Below, one piece after another: positions 59,652-64,000 of a stretch of DNA of 64,000 nucleotides; positions within the stretch are counted from its first letter, which is position 1; each line of letters begins with the position of its first letter. A model generated the notes under the pieces. That model was given only the letters and a program-made list of their open reading frames with translations. It had not been told where the DNA came from and did not search any database. Both the position numbers and the translations under genes were made by a program. The stretch is taken from the NCBI GenBank assembly GCA_963765495.1, contig CAVXWP010000008.1:64001-128000 (forward strand). Direction: 5' to 3'. The DNA comes from Blastocatellia bacterium. GTDB taxonomy: Bacteria > Acidobacteriota > Blastocatellia > UBA7656.

Positions 59652-60155
59652 TTACGCTCCAGCCGAAGATTGCCCCTTCTCGGCCATCTTGGCGAAGAAC
59701 TCGTGCGAGGCCGCTATCACTTCCTCGTGCGTCAGGTCTTTGACGTGGGTGGAAAAGCTCCAGTGATGGCCAAACGGATCGGTGACTATGCCCCATCTGT
59801 CGCCCCAGAATTGCTCTGCCACAGGCATTACAGATGTGGCCCCGGCCTTTATAGCTCTGTCGTAGGCGGCATCGGCATCTTCGACATACAGATTCAGCGA
59901 AACGGGGCTGCCGTTGAGGCTCTCAGGCGAGTTGTTGCCCATCTCAGGAAATTCGTCGCTGAGAAATAGCATGCTGTTTCCTATTTTTATCTCGGCGTGC
60001 ACTATCTTCTGACCGTCAGGCGTGGTCATGCTGGCGATCACTTCTGCTCCAAGCGCCTCTTTGTAAAACTCTAAGGCCTTGGCGGCTCCTCTGATTACAA
60101 GCCCCGGTGTTAATGTGTGGAATCCTTCCGGTACTGATTTGACTTCATCTGACAT
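59652..60155 (-). CDS. VOC family protein (PhnB-like glyoxalase)
   Basis: PEG.HT.TP.L, HAEI.IG.S, LYV.D.D and FWGDR.G...DPFGH.W motifs. Confidence 0.92.
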   Translation of the reverse strand: MSDEVKSVPEGFHTLTPGLVIRGAAKALEFYKEALGAEVIASMTTPDGQKIVHAEIKIGNSMLFLSDEFPEMGNNSPESLNGSPVSLNLYVEDADAAYDRAIKAGATSVMPVAEQFWGDRWGIVTDPFGHHWSFSTHVKDLTHEEVIAASHEFFAKMAEKGQSSAGA

Positions 60156-60268
60156 AACGATATTCTCCTTTTTTGCCGACATAATGTAGCCCGCCGGGTT
60201 TCCCGGCAGTTTGGTTAACCTGCACCTCGGGGGGCGAGGATATGGATGTCATCGATCAACTATACGGA

Positions 60269-60880
60269 TCAATGACTGTATCTGCGTATGAGGCCGATCA
60301 CTATGCCCTGGATGCTTACGCGATCAGGTGGCTTGATGATAATCGGCTGGTACAAGGGGTTGGCCGCTTCAAGGCGAATTTGATTGGTCTCGCGGTAAAA
60401 TCGCTTTACCGTCGTGTCGCTGCCGTCAATCAGGGCAACGACTGTTTGCCCGTTTTCAGCGGTCTCGCGCGATTCGACTATGACGAAATCACCATCCCTT
60501 ATGTGCTCGTCAATCATCGAATCGCCTTTCACCCTCAGGGCGAAGGTGCGAGTGCGGCCCAACAGGTCGGGCGGGATAGTGACGACTTCCTGGCTCAGTA
60601 TAGCTTCGATTGGCCTACCGGCAGCCACTACGCCAAGTAAGGGTATTTCACAGGCATCGGATTCGCCTGCCTGTTTTACGATTTCGATCCCCCGGCTCGC
60701 GTGAGGTATGCGCTTTATCATGCCTTCACGCTCAAGAGCCGACATCAATTGATGAACCGTCGACGGGGAACTCAATCCGAAATGTTTTCGAATCTCGGCA
60801 ATCGTAGGCGCGAAGCCGTTGGCTTCCTGAAAGCGGCACAGATAATCATATATTTGTTTCTGGCGCGGAGTTAATACCAT
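60269..60880 (-). CDS. lexA: SOS transcriptional repressor LexA
   Basis: LT.RQ, PT..EI, VAAG.P cleavage site, V.GDSM (Ser) and TVKR (Lys). Confidence 0.95.
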   Translation of the reverse strand: MVLTPRQKQIYDYLCRFQEANGFAPTIAEIRKHFGLSSPSTVHQLMSALEREGMIKRIPHASRGIEIVKQAGESDACEIPLLGVVAAGRPIEAILSQEVVTIPPDLLGRTRTFALRVKGDSMIDEHIRDGDFVIVESRETAENGQTVVALIDGSDTTVKRFYRETNQIRLEAANPLYQPIIIKPPDRVSIQGIVIGLIRRYSH

Positions 60881-61121
60881 ATCTCTCCCCTTTTTGCTGT
60901 ATAAGCCAGTCAATGTCATATCCGATCATGCAAGTATTGCCTGTGATAGTGAGAACTTCGGTTCGGTATTTGCCTCGTCTCGTCTGAATTCTTCCTATCT
61001 CTTGCCCGTCGAGCAATACACTGTCGTGACGACACCATCCGCCGAAAGTCCTAACTCTCTGGCCGGGTTTTATTCTGAGCTTTGCCTGTATAGCTTGCTG
61101 AAGAGTCATCTGTTTTAGCAC
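60846..61121 (-). CDS. Possible small hypothetical protein upstream of lexA
   Basis: 91-aa ORF with GTG start after AGGAGATGAGA, downstream of a promoter motif, overlapping the lexA start. Confidence 0.4.
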   Translation of the reverse strand: MLKQMTLQQAIQAKLRIKPGQRVRTFGGWCRHDSVLLDGQEIGRIQTRRGKYRTEVLTITGNTCMIGYDIDWLIQQKGERYGINSAPETNI

Positions 61122-61167
61122 CTCTCATCTCCTAGTGCCTGCCAAAAACGGGGCTCTGAAAATCCAC

Positions 61168-61200
61168 CGAACTTATACGAAATTATACGAAAATTGTCAA
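61168..61200 (-). promoter_or_regulatory. sigma70 promoter overlapped by 10-bp direct repeats (candidate operator)
   Basis: Minus strand TTGACA-17 bp-TATAAG containing TTCGTATAA(T/G) twice plus TTCG. Confidence 0.6.
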
Positions 61201-61271
61201 GTGAAAAGTTTCCACCAAATTCGAAGAATCAAAGAAAAACTTGACTGCTCTCTCTAAGTGTGGAAATGATG

Positions 61272-61389
61272 AGTGATCCGTGATTCGTGATTCGTGATTC
61301 GTGATTCGTGATCCGTGACTTTGATTGAGCCTGACTGTTAAAGCAATATCTCAAGTCCGGCAAATCACGAATCACGAATCACGAATCAC
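61272..61389. repeat. Palindromic element family A, copy 6
   Basis: (GTGATTC)-type x6, 45-bp core, (AATCACG)x4 containing the ornithine cyclodeaminase stop. Confidence 0.9.
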
Positions 61390-62387
61390 TCCAGACGGGT
61401 GCCGCCAAATTCTATTTGAGCGCCTGCGTTTTGCGCTCTGGCTTTCTGGTAGATGTGATGAGCCGAGGCGAGGTCTTCTATTGCGAGCCCCAGAGATTTA
61501 AAAAGTGTTATTTCTTTGTCGGATTGACGGCCTTGGATCTTGCCTGACAGGATATCGCCTATCTCGCCCTGTATATGCGCGCGCGCGACGGCTTCTTCTT
61601 TTTGAGCCAGCAGAAAATCGCCTGCCTCGTTCAGCGTAGACTCCAAGCGGTCTACGAAGAGGCGGGCCCGAGCTACGGCCGGTGTATCGAGTTCCCTTGC
61701 AAAAGGGACGCTCGACCCGACAGCGTTGATATGAGCGCCGGGCGACAACCAGTCCCCCCTCAGGACGGGCTCAAGCGAGGAGGTGACTGTACAGATAATA
61801 TCGGCTCCTGCTACGGCTTCCCGGGCTGTGGCCACAGGCTCGATTAAGATGTTCCATCGTTTTGATTCGCGGACGGAAAAACTCTCGGCGTTTTCAAGAT
61901 TGCGACTCCACACTCGGATCCTTCTTATATTCCGAGTAAGCAACATGGCTTCGAGATGAGTGTGGGCCTGGACGCCTGAGCCAAGTATTGCCAGGTCGCC
62001 TGCTTCGGGTCGGGCAAGCGCGTCGGTGGCAACCGCGCTCACAGCGGCCGTTCGAATTGCCGTGATCGAACTGGCATCCATGATTGCAAGCAAGCTGCCG
62101 TGTTTGGCTTCGAATAACAAGACCGCTCCTTGATGAGAATCGTACCGGGTGCCTTGATTGGATGGATATATTGATATGACCTTCAATCCCATTGCGTCGA
62201 TGTCGCCGGAGTACGCGGGCATGAGACCAAGCCATCCTTTTTCGTCCGGTAATGCCATAACATGTCGAAGCGGGTTGAGGGCCTCGCCCCTGCCCAACGC
62301 CTCAAATGCCTCTCTCATCCGGGTGATGCATTCCTTCATTGGCAACAGCTTTACAACATCGGTTTGATTGACGATGAGAACTTCCAT
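61386..62387 (-). CDS. Ornithine cyclodeaminase/mu-crystallin family protein
   Basis: G.K....P.N, IT.IRTAA.S, G.G.QA..H, ADII.T.T and FKS.G.A.ED motifs. Confidence 0.93.
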   Translation of the reverse strand: MEVLIVNQTDVVKLLPMKECITRMREAFEALGRGEALNPLRHVMALPDEKGWLGLMPAYSGDIDAMGLKVISIYPSNQGTRYDSHQGAVLLFEAKHGSLLAIMDASSITAIRTAAVSAVATDALARPEAGDLAILGSGVQAHTHLEAMLLTRNIRRIRVWSRNLENAESFSVRESKRWNILIEPVATAREAVAGADIICTVTSSLEPVLRGDWLSPGAHINAVGSSVPFARELDTPAVARARLFVDRLESTLNEAGDFLLAQKEEAVARAHIQGEIGDILSGKIQGRQSDKEITLFKSLGLAIEDLASAHHIYQKARAQNAGAQIEFGGTRLE

Positions 62388-62647
62388 CCGAGTAACCCTC
62401 CACTTGCAATTGTTCGCTTGAGCCAATAGCGAAGTTTGCCCAAGGGGTGGCTCTAATCTTTTCGCGCCAATACGATCTTAGATTGACTCAGAATCTACCA
62501 TTTTAGACCGAGTTTAACCAACAGAGAGGATTCAACCTGTTACTTTTCACGAGCCTTTATGCTCTCTTCTTGCGCTCGTCTATGGTCAATCGGCGGTTGC
62601 TGAAGGGCAAATCTCAGAGTGATAGCGCAGACCATTCAAGGGATGAA

Positions 62648-63019
62648 TCAATTGTGGTGCGATTTTCCTGATTCCGAGACCTGGCTCACGCGCAACCAGT
62701 CATCCAGCTTATCAAGCCAATCAGTATTGGCCTCCTCATCCAGGAGACCCTGGCGCACCTGCGCCGCCTTTGCCGCAATCGCCACAAGCGCTTCATAGTT
62801 GATCTCAACTTTTTGCTGGTTCAACAGGCCCGCGATAATCATGACGCCCGTGACATAGCCTTTGTAAAATGATGGATTCTCATCGTCGGGCACATACATA
62901 TCTGTCGCCCCTCGCAGCATGTCCGGCAGTGTATTGAATTGGGCCGCCAGCCTTCCTATCATGTCCTCATTCAATCTGTTAACCATAATAAAACCCCTCC
63001 GAACCTTTTTGTTTGCCAT
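62648..63019 (-). CDS. Hypothetical protein
   Basis: 123-aa ORF (start may be at MVNRL after GGAGG); no motif. Confidence 0.5.
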   Translation of the reverse strand: MANKKVRRGFIMVNRLNEDMIGRLAAQFNTLPDMLRGATDMYVPDDENPSFYKGYVTGVMIIAGLLNQQKVEINYEALVAIAAKAAQVRQGLLDEEANTDWLDKLDDWLRVSQVSESGKSHHN

Positions 63020-63105
63020 TGGTGTTCCACACTCTGCAAACCGTAGGAGTGCAATCGCGGCGCAGACAAAAGGGAAGACATATATCCGTCAAGGCGACTC
63101 AAAAC

Positions 63106-63146
63106 ACAAATCGAGATAGGAATCGGAATTTCCTATCTCGATTTGT
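63106..63146. terminator. 17-bp perfect stem-loop after the GH19 gene
   Basis: ACAAATCGAGATAGGAA-tcggaat-TTCCTATCTCGATTTGT. Confidence 0.65.
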
Positions 63147-63163
63147 CCGAGGCGATTGAGGTT

Positions 63164-63769
63164 TCAAGAGGTAAGACTGTCTTTTAATATCTTTTCGAAG
63201 TTGACGGCATAACCTTTGATTTTTGCCGCCTGATCGAGTCCATTAATGATACGGCGAGCATTTGTATAATCGCAGCCCGCGTCGTTGATGTAGTTGCTGA
63301 GTTTCTTTCCCGTGAATGTGCCGTTGCGCATTCCATAAGAAATGATGCGATAAGCGATACCGGGAGTGAGCGCGTTGTCCGGGCTATCAAGCAGGTTGTT
63401 CTCCTCGCTCAAGGCAAGGGCAGCGCTCAATTTTTGATAGTTAGCCCTGCCCGTGATCTGAACATAACCACGTCCGCGATAAAGATACCCATCGCCTTTG
63501 GCGGTATTGCCGAGTCGCTTTCCTATGCTCGTCCCGGCGTTGTACTTGTCGAAGTACGATTTCGGGCCGCGCTCGGTTATAGGCTGATAAGTATCCGCGC
63601 ATTCGTGCTTGATGGTCGCAAGCATATAGGCCACCCATCTGATGTCGGTTACATCGTTATCCTGCTCGATATATCCGAGCAGGTTGTCGAGGCCGGATAC
63701 CTGAGTTTGATTGAGCTTGCCGTAAATGTCTCGATACCCATTGAAGAAGGTAGTGTGATTGAAATCCAT
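63164..63769 (-). CDS. Glycoside hydrolase family 19-like protein (lysozyme/chitinase-like)
   Basis: AYMLAT..HE, LGN...GDG..YRGRGYVQITGR.NY and ARRIING.D.A motifs; RBS AAGGAG. Confidence 0.88.
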   Translation of the reverse strand: MDFNHTTFFNGYRDIYGKLNQTQVSGLDNLLGYIEQDNDVTDIRWVAYMLATIKHECADTYQPITERGPKSYFDKYNAGTSIGKRLGNTAKGDGYLYRGRGYVQITGRANYQKLSAALALSEENNLLDSPDNALTPGIAYRIISYGMRNGTFTGKKLSNYINDAGCDYTNARRIINGLDQAAKIKGYAVNFEKILKDSLTS

Positions 63770-63890
63770 GATCGGTGTTGTCTCCTTTAAGAATTTGAGA
63801 ATACTGATTTGGCCGTTACGTAAAATACACCCGACCGAAGTTGATTACAAGAATTTGGGGATGCGACGGAATCTGAAGGGTGTTTGAGGC

Positions 63891-64000
63891 CAGGGCCATT
63901 CAGCTTTCTAAAATGTAGCAAAGGAAAAGGGGAATAGACCGCGGATGACGCGGATTGGGCGGATCTACGCGGATCTGACACTATATGATTTAATCCGCGT
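63891..64000. repeat. Family C element (truncated by window end)
   Basis: CAGGGCCATTCAG ... gaatagaccgcggatgacgcggat...gatctgacactatatgatttaatccgcg. Confidence 0.8.

Noticed and set aside
60269-63769. Prophage (LexA-like repressor plus GH19 lysin)
   Set aside because: The repressor is a canonical LexA, a housekeeping gene intervenes, and there are no integrase or structural genes.

Overview
About 55% GC chromosomal window, probably from an Acidobacteriota genome (Blastocatellia-like; inferred from gene content and protein style). It is mostly core genome: panBC, pfpI-like, DUF1800/DUF1501, UvrD/PcrA, a sigma54 two-component locus with an amidase, a small Asr-like peptide and DegP, a triad of amide ligases (ATP-grasp, circularly permuted ATP-grasp, YbdK-type), thiolase, a trpG-C-F-B-A/chorismate mutase/aroF/tyrA operon, a TetR-RND-TolC efflux operon, plsY-gpsA, an adenylate cyclase, a TPR-WD40 protein, lexA, an ornithine cyclodeaminase homologue and a GH19 protein. 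I found no rRNA, tRNA, CRISPR array or transposase. Main hunt results: (1) a small membrane-protein gene interrupted by an in-frame UGA followed by a SECIS-like hairpin, a candidate unannotated selenoprotein (45729-46121); (2) several families of intergenic palindromic elements with heptamer-repeat arms, one with a fixed 45-bp core in six copies, which often supply the stop codons of flanking genes; (3) an intact but apparently catalytically dead DAHP synthase in the aromatic operon; (4) a sigma54 envelope-stress-like module with two matching 36-bp enhancer-like sites. All product calls come from motif recognition by eye; no database searches were run.
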